Source: a virus
Taxonomy: Duplodnaviria; Caudoviricetes
DNA length: 62,501 nucleotides
Virus record (IMG/VR): IMGVR_UViG_3300017992_000027
Location: 1-62,501 of that record
Reading direction: 5' to 3' (one strand)
A program made the translations under genes and the position numbers. Below are positions 7,462 to 16,318 of this stretch, piece by piece. The notes under the pieces are model-generated. The model was not told where the DNA came from. It worked only from the letters and a program-made list of their open reading frames with translations, and did no database searches. How positions within the stretch are numbered: the stretch's first letter is position 1; each line of letters opens with the position of its first letter.

Positions 7462-9603
7462 TTACTGTGGATCTAGCATTGCAGTACAACGACAATTGAT
7501 TGCTACCCCTGGGAAACTATCGTCCGTGAGTGGAGCTTTCCCCTGCAGAGCGTCTGCGATCTTATACGACTTCATATGTCTCTTTGCATGAAGTGGACGT
7601 ACTCTGTTATCGTTCATCGTCACCCAGATGAACTTCTCGAATCCTTGCTCTTGCCATTTCAAGAGACGTAGTAAGTTCGTTGACTTTCCTATCTCAGTCC
7701 GAATGATCCTTTGCACTTCCCAGTCTTGCGGATTCTCTTTGCGTTTATACTTGTCAATGACTTCTTTCACTTGCTTCTTGATCTCAGCGTGTGACAGTCC
7801 TCGTACAACTCCATCCAGAATCAGCCTGCGAACATCTTGTACTTTCTTCTTGTTGTATTGTTTAAGTTGTGCGTCAAAGTTCTTCTGTAGCATTGCTGCT
7901 TTATCCATGAGTGCTTTTGATAGCTTCTTGTCGACCTTCTTGTCAACCTTCGTGTCTAGAGCTCCGGTTCCTTCATGAACGTTATCAAGAACTTTTGCAA
8001 ATACATCAGTCGCAATACTAGAAACCTTCTTATCAAATCCTTGCATCGTCTTCTCAAGCGAATCAACTGATTTTGAAGAGGCAAATGCTTCTGACGTCTT
8101 TCGTTTCTTCTTGTCAAATTGCTTAAAGAACGAATCAACTGAATCAACAAGTGCTGAGTCTACTTGCTCAAATGCTTCATCAGCGAGATCATCTTCGGCG
8201 CTTCGTAGTTCGGGTGTTGCGCCCTCCCGAAAACCTTCTGGGGATTGAAGTAGTTGAGGTGGTTCAGCGTCTGGAATGCTTACACCTGGAAACGCGTCCA
8301 TATTACCATACGTCTGTTGGACGTCTTTAGCAAATTGATTTCCAGAGTCGGATGGTAGTGCTTCTAGTCCAACGAGCTCTCTGTATTCGTTGACTGTGAT
8401 GATGTTTCTATCAAACAGATCTCCAGCGAATTGTAGTTTCTCGCTCTTACTATCGAAATCGATCTCTCCGAACTTGAACGTCGCATCCTTTGCTAGCCAA
8501 GTATATTCTTTTCTGAGCTCATCAATGATTGCTTTATCTAAGAATGCAACGAGCTCTTCTCGCATTGACTCAAGTCTATATTCAAAGACTACTCTGACTT
8601 CTTCAGATGTAGCTCGATTGATGTCAGAGTTCCATGGAGTCAAGTAATTCGGTACAAGACCTGATGTGACATCTCTTCGAAGCCAATCAACAGGAGCGCT
8701 CATGTCATCGTACTCTCCAACATTAGATAGCGAGTTGATCTCGTGTGGTTTGTTGAGAATGATGTGCTCGCTATCCCGTTTTGCATCGAAATCACTTCGG
8801 AGCGTCTCTATATCTTCGACTGTTGCCGGATTTTCTGCATCTCCTACACTTATGATCTTAGCGTTGAGAGCACGATAGCGAGCAATTATGGACCAGTTCT
8901 TGACGATCTCCTTAATAATGTCTGTGTCGTCTATAACTGACATGAGGAAAGAACGGCCGTAGATCATATCTCGGCTCCACCCCCACTTAAAGTGGGATAT
9001 CTTCGCTTTGTCAATCGGTATTCCATACACCGATCTGCGGAACACTACGCTACTAGCGAGTACGTAGTTAATGAACCAAAACTTTGGATGCATTTGCGTC
9101 ATCTCTCCGAAGAGATTTGAGAATGGATATGTTTTTAGTTCAGTTGGTACTTCATATATCCACCATTTATCGTGTTCATCTGATGCAAGATTTCTAAAGA
9201 CTCTTGCTGAGTCTGTGATTGTGAATACGTTGTCGAGAACGAGTGAGCCATTTGGAGTCTTGGCAAATGTATTCTCAAAATATGCGTTGCCTGTAACAAG
9301 AGCTGAGATCACGAAATTTCGAATCTCTTGATTTCCTCTATCTCTTTGCTCAAGCCATTTGTTGAGAAAGTCTTCGGTCTTCTTGTCGCTTGACTCAATA
9401 GAAATATCGTTGCCTACGACAAAGAGCGCTAGTTGGTCGATGCCACTGTTGACTTGTGGTCTTGTAAGATACGCTTGTGTTGCAAGCTCCATCTCTTCAT
9501 GTGGTGTGCGTGCTACGTTTTCATCGAAGAGTCCAGTGCCGAACCGTAATGCACCTAGCTTTGTAATGAATTGCTTAGCCGTAAAAAGTTCAGTAAATTT
9601 CAT
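7462..9603 (-). CDS. Portal protein fused to a head-morphogenesis (SPP1 gp7/MuF-like) domain
   Basis: Follows terminase; portal-like ALVTGNAYF and YGRSFL; C-terminal RIIRTE...WVTMNDNRVRPLH...PG..INCRC MuF signature. Confidence 0.8.
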   Translation of the reverse strand: MKFTELFTAKQFITKLGALRFGTGLFDENVARTPHEEMELATQAYLTRPQVNSGIDQLALFVVGNDISIESSDKKTEDFLNKWLEQRDRGNQEIRNFVISALVTGNAYFENTFAKTPNGSLVLDNVFTITDSARVFRNLASDEHDKWWIYEVPTELKTYPFSNLFGEMTQMHPKFWFINYVLASSVVFRRSVYGIPIDKAKISHFKWGWSRDMIYGRSFLMSVIDDTDIIKEIVKNWSIIARYRALNAKIISVGDAENPATVEDIETLRSDFDAKRDSEHIILNKPHEINSLSNVGEYDDMSAPVDWLRRDVTSGLVPNYLTPWNSDINRATSEEVRVVFEYRLESMREELVAFLDKAIIDELRKEYTWLAKDATFKFGEIDFDSKSEKLQFAGDLFDRNIITVNEYRELVGLEALPSDSGNQFAKDVQQTYGNMDAFPGVSIPDAEPPQLLQSPEGFREGATPELRSAEDDLADEAFEQVDSALVDSVDSFFKQFDKKKRKTSEAFASSKSVDSLEKTMQGFDKKVSSIATDVFAKVLDNVHEGTGALDTKVDKKVDKKLSKALMDKAAMLQKNFDAQLKQYNKKKVQDVRRLILDGVVRGLSHAEIKKQVKEVIDKYKRKENPQDWEVQRIIRTEIGKSTNLLRLLKWQEQGFEKFIWVTMNDNRVRPLHAKRHMKSYKIADALQGKAPLTDDSFPGVAINCRCTAMLDPQ

Positions 9604-9953
9604 CGTTTACTACCTCCAAGATTCTTCGATATCATAAGGAGCTGTGCTAGTATTTGCTCCCAGAGGAAGTATCCTGCAAAGCCTGTGATAAGTGAAAACC
9701 AAAATGGTCTTTGTCCGAGCGCATAAAACACAACTGCAAGACAAAGCGATATAAACGGAATCTCAAAGAGCGGTGCGAGAGCTTGTATTGTAGCAAGGAA
9801 TTTCCTTCCTTTGACGCGAGCGCGAGCACGTTGCATAGTGATCCAATTGGAAAACTTCTTCCAGAGATATTTTACTTTCGCTAAGAACATAGTTGGTATT
9901 GACATGTATATGTTTATAATTTTTGCTCTCATCGCTTTTGCCGCTTCAACCAC
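9600..9953 (-). CDS. Membrane protein
   Basis: Basic N-terminus plus two hydrophobic segments. Confidence 0.5.
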   Translation of the reverse strand: MVEAAKAMRAKIINIYMSIPTMFLAKVKYLWKKFSNWITMQRARARVKGRKFLATIQALAPLFEIPFISLCLAVVFYALGQRPFWFSLITGFAGYFLWEQILAQLLMISKNLGGSKR

Positions 9954-11548
9954 TTGATCTTCTCTGATAAATCCATTTCTCTATGCTTTCCAAACGATTC
10001 TTTTGGCGCTGACGGATCAGATAAAGCTGCGGATTGTGTTTTTGTAGCGAGTGGTGTTGCTACGATCGTTTTGTATGAATACGGCATCAAAGCTAGCGCA
10101 TTCGAGAAGATGATATCGCCGTGTCCTGTATCATCTGCTGAGACTTTGAACGTGTAATCCATCATAGTCATGTGATGCAATTGTAATTCGTCGGCCAGCA
10201 GCGTGACTGCATCTCCTTCGAGTAAGCTCTTTAGATTGACAAGCATATACTCTCGAATGTTTGCCTTCCTCTTTGCTTCTCCAGTTCTGATTCTAGTCGA
10301 AAAGTTGATTCCTTCAACGATTCCAGGATTCGTTCGCTTTGCAAACTCATAGAGTCCGAGACCTAATCCAGTCTGATCGATGCGCATCCTCACCATCGAT
10401 GGAAATGCTTTGATCACTCGATCTAAGATCTTCTTTTGCGCTGGCAGATCAGTCTTCCTGATAGCTATGAGTGCTCGTTGAATGTATTCTTTCCGAATCG
10501 TACTATCTTCTAGTTCAATTGAGAACTCTTCGAACACACTGATTGCTGTGAAGTGAGTCGTTCGCGCTACATCTACTCCGCAATATATTGGGTTAGGTGT
10601 TTCGTACGTCCACGTATCTGAGATCGCTATCTTGTCGCCAAAGTTTACCAAGTCTGGATCTTCTGTTCTCTTGATAAGCGAGTGTGGAAAGAACGAAATG
10701 CTATCGTCAAGGAAGTCACACATGTACTCTTGTTTAAATATCACTGGATCTCGCATGCGCTTACTCTCTAACGCTTTCTTTGAGATCCATGGTGCAATCG
10801 GTACAACGTCTTGTTCTAAGATCGACTTTTCTGGATTGAACTTGCGCTCGTCAAACACTGGATACCGAAAGAATTCAAAGGAATGATGATTCTGAGTGAG
10901 CCTGAAGAAGTTGTTGTGTCTTCCATTCGCTGTGCTTCCTATAATAATCTGTCCGATGCCACTCTGCATTGTATCTTGGACTGCAGCGAGTAGCTCTCTA
11001 TCATGTTGCTGAAACGCATACTCGTCAATCAGCCCACGAATCAATCTTCTACCTCTTACTGAGTCAGCAGCATTTCCAGATGGATACGCTCTGATGATTG
11101 TCTTTGTATCGTTGAAGACGATCTCAGTCTCCTTGACTTCGATTGACGATTTGTTCGGAAGCTTCGAATGATGCACAAGCCATGCTATCATCTTCAGAAT
11201 ATCTTTTGCGTTACGATAGCGCTGTGCAATGACTGGGATAAGTTGATCTTTGTACGTAAGAGCTGATACGATCAACTCGATTGAGAATGATGTTGTGAAT
11301 GAGATACCTCTTGCTTTTACAACGAGAATATCTTTTGCATCTTCGTCTTTGATGTTCAAGCTAGCAGAGTGCCACTCCTTCTGATAGTCAGTCATGTCAT
11401 ACGGGATCGGTTGACCAACTGGATCTTGTACTTGGAAGAGTTCTTCGAGTAGAGCGCAATAGTCTAACTCGACTCGAGTGAATTCTTTCTTCGTTTGATA
11501 CCAAGAACGAGTAGTTCCTTGAGGTCTTCCTTTCGCTCTAACAATCAT
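9929..11548 (-). CDS. terL: Terminase large subunit
   Basis: Walker A-like KARGISFT, Walker B GLIDEYAF, STANG motif, RNase H-like GVDVART / IDQTGLG / GHGD. Confidence 0.9.
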   Translation of the reverse strand: MIVRAKGRPQGTTRSWYQTKKEFTRVELDYCALLEELFQVQDPVGQPIPYDMTDYQKEWHSASLNIKDEDAKDILVVKARGISFTTSFSIELIVSALTYKDQLIPVIAQRYRNAKDILKMIAWLVHHSKLPNKSSIEVKETEIVFNDTKTIIRAYPSGNAADSVRGRRLIRGLIDEYAFQQHDRELLAAVQDTMQSGIGQIIIGSTANGRHNNFFRLTQNHHSFEFFRYPVFDERKFNPEKSILEQDVVPIAPWISKKALESKRMRDPVIFKQEYMCDFLDDSISFFPHSLIKRTEDPDLVNFGDKIAISDTWTYETPNPIYCGVDVARTTHFTAISVFEEFSIELEDSTIRKEYIQRALIAIRKTDLPAQKKILDRVIKAFPSMVRMRIDQTGLGLGLYEFAKRTNPGIVEGINFSTRIRTGEAKRKANIREYMLVNLKSLLEGDAVTLLADELQLHHMTMMDYTFKVSADDTGHGDIIFSNALALMPYSYKTIVATPLATKTQSAALSDPSAPKESFGKHREMDLSEKIKWLKRQKR

Positions 11549-11643
11549 ACTTTTCTACCACATAATCGACAGATGCCGCAAGCACACATGATCTGCACCC
11601 TCCCACGACATCTACACTTTCCTTCTCTTGTTGGCTCACACAA
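11545..11643 (-). CDS. Cys-rich microprotein (32 aa, TTG start)
   Basis: Fills the gap exactly; MCEPTREGKCRCRGRVQIMCACGICRLCGRKV; ATGA overlap with terL. Confidence 0.4.
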   Translation of the reverse strand: MCEPTREGKCRCRGRVQIMCACGICRLCGRKV

Positions 11644-11937
11644 CTAAATCACATCACTTCCTTCGTGCCATTGCACACGAGTCACTCCATCAGAACAATT
11701 CTCTAGAAAGCACAAACATGATGTCATGTGCTCATATGATCTGTTCGTTGTCATGTTAATCACAGTCGAATAGTTTGCACGCCACTCCCACTGATTACAA
11801 GATCTAAACTCATACTCTGAAAAACATGCATCTCTGCAAGCGTTCTCTGAATTGGGCGTGTTGTCTATTGTACACGGACATGTGCATCCTGTCATCAGTG
11901 CTGCAAGCAAAAACAGCATCGTTGGTCTATATCTCAT
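11644..11937 (-). CDS. Cys-rich putative lipoprotein
   Basis: Signal peptide with lipobox LMTG-C; many cysteines. Confidence 0.55.
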   Translation of the reverse strand: MRYRPTMLFLLAALMTGCTCPCTIDNTPNSENACRDACFSEYEFRSCNQWEWRANYSTVINMTTNRSYEHMTSCLCFLENCSDGVTRVQWHEGSDVI

Positions 11938-11948
11938 TGCGTCATCTC

Positions 11949-12206
11949 CTATCGAACTTGAGGTACTAACTCTTCTCGATCGCTACCTTCTCTTCGTACC
12001 ACGAGAAATCGTGGGAATTCGTCAACCTTCACACCTTGAATCTCTTCATGACTTTCAGGGATTCCTTTGACAATGCAAATGATCCCTTCATTCGTGTGCT
12101 CAGCTGACACAATCTCTGGATACGCCTTCGTAAAGAACGTGGCCAGAGCACGTTGTGTTATGATGACTTCTCTCTCATCATGTGCTTTGGGTTTTCGTCT
12201 TCTCAT
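11949..12206 (-). CDS. Hypothetical protein
   Basis: GAGGTGA RBS upstream; in operon. Confidence 0.5.
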   Translation of the reverse strand: MRRRKPKAHDEREVIITQRALATFFTKAYPEIVSAEHTNEGIICIVKGIPESHEEIQGVKVDEFPRFLVVRREGSDREELVPQVR

Positions 12207-12882
12207 GTCTCACCTCTGGTATTTTATTCACCGTCGCATCAATGACGTCAGGATTCTTAATACGCGAGAGAATGTCTGCGAAGCTTAGCTCTCCTTCGAC
12301 CTTGAACGACATCTTCTCTCTTGTGATTTCCTCAAGCGCTTTCAATCCTTCGATCACAGTCTTAGAAAACTCTGATCTCGCTTTCAATGACGGGTGAACG
12401 TCAAGAGCTCCTCTCTGCATGATCAGAAGAGCGTCGTGCGTAGCTGACTCGTCAAATCGCTGCACGATCAGAAACTGTTGAATCAACTCTCTAGCTATGA
12501 TTGTAACTCGCGGGTCAGAAAAATCATACCTGGTTGACAACTGAGATACTAATTTGTACACAGAGTCTTTCTCATATGGACAGTGCGTGATGCCTTGCTC
12601 TTTTGCTTCACGCTCTATAATATCAATAGCTCGCTCTCGTAGCTTATATGGAAAGTGATGTCCTGCTCTCGTAGCATCGAGCATCTCTTTCAGATCCATC
12701 AGCTCTTTCCAATCATCTGGATACTGATGTTCAATATTCTCTTGAATATCAGCTATTTTCTTAGAAAGATGCGGGCATGTGATGATATGTTCTCTCGTGA
12801 TCCGAGGCAGATGAATCGAAATCTGAGAGAGTGCAAATTCAGTTACCGAACTAGGTTGACGGACAGCAGGAAGCGTAAGCAT
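12178..12882 (-). CDS. Putative terminase small subunit
   Basis: Upstream of terL; helical, with a VHPSLK..SEFSK segment like P27-type small terminases. Confidence 0.45.
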   Translation of the reverse strand: MLTLPAVRQPSSVTEFALSQISIHLPRITREHIITCPHLSKKIADIQENIEHQYPDDWKELMDLKEMLDATRAGHHFPYKLRERAIDIIEREAKEQGITHCPYEKDSVYKLVSQLSTRYDFSDPRVTIIARELIQQFLIVQRFDESATHDALLIMQRGALDVHPSLKARSEFSKTVIEGLKALEEITREKMSFKVEGELSFADILSRIKNPDVIDATVNKIPEVRHEKTKTQST

Positions 12883-12919
12883 ATCATATACAGCTATCTA
12901 CGTATATAAAAAACTTTCC

Positions 12920-13288
12920 TCACTCTACTTTGTAGTGCGTTACTCTCTGTGGAGTCCAGTACACGTAGTCATATACTCCAGGAAACGCCTTCTCACATCT
13001 GTTAAACTGCTGTTTGGCTTTAGCCCACGCGCTCTTCGTGTCATTACTCTTGATTTCGTAGTAGATCATACGTCTTCCTTTGCCATGGCCTCTATACACA
13101 GCGATATCTAACTCTCCTTGATACCGCCCACCATACAACACTCGCTTCTCAACTATCTCAGCCCAAGACTTCTGACTCAATCGCTCTGCGAGCTCATCAA
13201 GATAACTTGCGTGCACTCCGCTGAATCTTTTCTTAGGTGCCGTAGTTCGTCCACGCTTGGATTTCTTCTTCCGTCCTTTCTTTCCCAT
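12920..13288 (-). CDS. PD-(D/E)XK restriction-endonuclease-like protein
   Basis: GELDIA...YEIKS...KAKQQF motif. Confidence 0.65.
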   Translation of the reverse strand: MGKKGRKKKSKRGRTTAPKKRFSGVHASYLDELAERLSQKSWAEIVEKRVLYGGRYQGELDIAVYRGHGKGRRMIYYEIKSNDTKSAWAKAKQQFNRCEKAFPGVYDYVYWTPQRVTHYKVE

Positions 13289-13556
13289 GTACCTTTCTGG
13301 ATACCCAGATCAATTGCTCGAATGCTGTTAAATATGCTAGTGCTTCTGCGTGTTCTTCTGGTCGTCCGTCATCCCTCCAATCTCTGTAGGCTTCGATTAA
13401 TGCATCGATACATACGATCTCCCAAGGTCTAGTTCTAATCGTCTTAGGCTTTACGCACCTAACAACATAACTATAGAGATCGTACCTCTTCTCCACAGGT
13501 AGCTCAAATACATGCTCAGCAACCTGTGCAGCATAACATTTATCAGAAGTCGTCAT
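13233..13556 (-). CDS. Hypothetical protein
   Basis: Late promoter 28 nt upstream. Confidence 0.5.
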   Translation of the reverse strand: MTTSDKCYAAQVAEHVFELPVEKRYDLYSYVVRCVKPKTIRTRPWEIVCIDALIEAYRDWRDDGRPEEHAEALAYLTAFEQLIWVSRKVHGKERTEEEIQAWTNYGT

Positions 13557-13583
13557 TTTATGAAGAGATAGGACTCTTCAGCT

Positions 13584-13595
13584 TATTTAAAAATA
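13584..13595 (-). promoter_or_regulatory. Late promoter motif TATTTTTAAATA
   Basis: Exact 12-mer; adjacent 7-bp inverted repeat TGAAGAG/CTCTTCA at 13561-13580. Confidence 0.65.
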
Positions 13596-13605
13596 CTCAT
13601 AGGGT

Positions 13606-14811
13606 TTAACCATTTCGTATTTCCTCCACTGCTTGTCGCAGCGTCTTACCGCAAGTGCCTACGTACTGTACGCCATCTTTCCAATGTGCATACTTCGTAA
13701 CACCTTCGATTATCGCATCTTTGAGTTCCTCATCAGAATGAGTTCTCTTGTCTAACTTGTGATGACGTACTAACGTATGATAACTCTCTTGCAACTCAAT
13801 GTACTCGACACAGTTCTCTAGCTTGTGTCCGTGTTCGTCTGTGAATCCGTACTTCTCTAAATCTTCAAATGTCATCGTTCTTCCTTCCAGCTGTGTCCTG
13901 AATCGGCACATATGTCTCGCTCATGATACTACCTCAAAGATCTGCACTGGTCCTGCAATGTTATCGGCATAATTACAATGCCCGCAGGCCGGACAAGCCC
14001 ACGCAACACGTTCAGTATTCAAGACAACTGTGCCTTTTGGATCGAACAACTTCTCACAGTTCTGACACTGCATCTTCACTTCAGTCATCTTGTCTCTCTG
14101 TGATCGCAATCTGAAGGTTGAGCTTCTTGTGCTTGTTATTAAATACACCGAGTGCTTCTTTCACTTCAATCAGAAGCGTTCGCATCGCTTCTAACTCTCC
14201 TCGATCATCAGTCGTATCTTCTTCTTCGATCACGATTGACCTTTGCTCGTCATCTTTAATCTGTAGCACGTATCCGTTGCTCATTCTTTCAACTTCTACT
14301 TTCATCTGAGTTCACCTCTGGTGCACAGCGTGAACATTTGCATGCTGAGTATCTTGATAGCTCTTCTCTGACTTTTACATAATCAGAGAACGCTGTTGCA
14401 AAGGCAAACACCTTCGCTCGTAACTCTGTATCAGCTCCTGAGAAGATCTTATCAATCGTGTCTGTCCAAGTATCACTCGTAAGCAATAGCATGAACACGT
14501 CTTTCTTGATTCCAAAGAACTCCTCCTGAGTCATTCCGTAGTGAGCGTGCACGCTAGAATCATGCTCTCGCTCCTCTGCTCCAATCATTCCTATGATTCC
14601 TTCAATCATTTGCTTTCTCCTCATGTTCTAGAAACCGCATGTATTGCTCGAGCTCTAATAGAAAGTCTCTCGATTCATTTCGAACCTTGTATCTATTCGC
14701 TGGGCAATGAGCAAGTCCCTTCTTCAGCTCCTCTGCCGTGTATATGCAGAGCTCTCTAATCCTCTGCTTCTCTCTAGTTTCAAGAGGCGATTTCATAACA
14801 TCATGGCACAA
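13606..14811 (-). other. Cluster of about six small hypothetical genes, including a Zn-ribbon protein
   Basis: Overlapping ORFs 13606-13911, 13921-14148 (CxxC..CPACGHC), 14081-14305, 14289-14624 and 14602-14811; exact starts uncertain. Confidence 0.5.
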
Positions 14812-14832
14812 TAGATGTATATAATATTTCCT

Positions 14833-15261
14833 CTATACTGTCTCTGTCACAATCTGACTTTCAAGTGCTGTAGTGTCGAATCCGTATTGCTCACAACGTT
14901 CGAGTACTCGAGACTTGATGAGTTCAAAGTCACGTTGGCTCGGTCGCCAGCCATTCCAATTGTCAGCAACCGCTTTATGATCAGCTTGACTAAGATGCTC
15001 CCAGAATAACCATCGATTTGTTTGTCGACCACGTCGCTCGCATTCGTCGCAGACGATATTCCATCTCTGAATCAAATACATCAGCTTATCTTTGAAGAAA
15101 TTGATGTGACCTTTATTCAATGTGAATCGAGTCGGAGCGTATCCTTTCGGATAAGGCGATTTCTTGACATGGCCGAGCAATTTCAAGATCTCATTGTACT
15201 CTGCACCTAGATGTTTATCGTGAAGATGTCTCGGATTGATTCCAACATTTATTCTAACCAT
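14833..15261 (-). CDS. denV: Pyrimidine-dimer DNA glycosylase (T4 endonuclease V family)
   Basis: MxRIN...L.DKHL.AEY.E...FTLNKGHINFF.DKL.YL..R...EC.RRG signature. Confidence 0.85.
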   Translation of the reverse strand: MVRINVGINPRHLHDKHLGAEYNEILKLLGHVKKSPYPKGYAPTRFTLNKGHINFFKDKLMYLIQRWNIVCDECERRGRQTNRWLFWEHLSQADHKAVADNWNGWRPSQRDFELIKSRVLERCEQYGFDTTALESQIVTETV

Positions 15262-15336
15262 ATACTACAATTCCAATAGAACTATATAATATTTTCCTCT
15301 CCAATCGAGCGTCAAGATTCAAGTAAGTTCTGAAAT

Positions 15337-15549
15337 TCTTAGTGTGATTACTGCAAGGTAAAAACCGCTAAATTATTTTTGCGTAGAGAGGAGGGTTACT
15401 TACCTTCTTACCTTATATAAAGATGTGACAATTTAATTTTTGTATGTGCCACAATATGGCACAATATTAAAAAGACTAGCCTTGCGTATAAGCCTCCTCT
15501 ATAGCAGAATCGAGCGGTCGGTTTTTACCTTGCAGTAATCACACTAAGA
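15337..15549. repeat. 31-bp perfect inverted repeat flanking an AT-rich core; candidate replication origin
   Basis: TCTTAGTGTGATTACTGCAAGGTAAAAACCG at 15337-15367 and its exact reverse complement at 15519-15549; divergent intergenic region upstream of the replication genes. Confidence 0.85.
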
Positions 15550-15636
15550 CCGCTCGAGATATATAAAGAATCAAGCTGTAGCGAGATCCAAATGATTGAA
15601 AGCAAACAATATAAATATCTATAGGTATCTTACAAT

Positions 15637-16239
15637 ATGGTCATTCTAAACAAGCCTATTAAAGCGTCGCTGAATGCATATCCAACCAAGCTAGGTGGCG
15701 TCTTCTCGATGGATCCATATATCAAATCGAAATGGGCTAAGCAATTACTGATCGCCTTGACCGAAGCGTTAGGTAATGATGCTGATTTAACTAAGCTGAT
15801 GCAAATGATCTCTGAGAAACGAGACGATGTATTCTTTACTCGAGTCGTTGAAATCATGAATGCTCACGAGTCTACACTCTACCGAAAGAGGATGTATCAA
15901 TATATGGTGTCGCACCTAGTCATGCATCATAGCGCAAAAGAAGGGGAGCCAAAGACTACGACAGATTTCAGCAACCAGATTCCAACTAATCTCTACACAT
16001 CGATGAGTAAGATGAATCTCAAGCAAGTACTCTTTCTCGAAGCGATCTTTGACAATGATACTGATTCTTCGATTTTCATCAAGCATATGTCAAGAAGTCG
16101 TGGTACATTATTCGGAAAACATAAGCGTAGTAAGCGAATTTCCTGGGAAGGAGCGAAGATCATCTCAGAGATTAATGCAATCAGAAAGTATGCAAGACGG
16201 TGGCCATTCTTCACTGACATTCAGAAAGTAAGTTGGTAG
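15637..16239 (+). CDS. Hypothetical protein, candidate origin-binding initiator
   Basis: First gene after the inverted repeats and just before MCM; TATAAATA box upstream; function inferred from position only. Confidence 0.45.
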   Translation: MVILNKPIKASLNAYPTKLGGVFSMDPYIKSKWAKQLLIALTEALGNDADLTKLMQMISEKRDDVFFTRVVEIMNAHESTLYRKRMYQYMVSHLVMHHSAKEGEPKTTTDFSNQIPTNLYTSMSKMNLKQVLFLEAIFDNDTDSSIFIKHMSRSRGTLFGKHKRSKRISWEGAKIISEINAIRKYARRWPFFTDIQKVSW

Positions 16240-16318
16240 TAGAAGGAAATTTTATATAATTCATAAAGGCTACTACTTTTATTCCACCACCTCACAAAGG
16301 AATGGAGAGCCGTCAACA

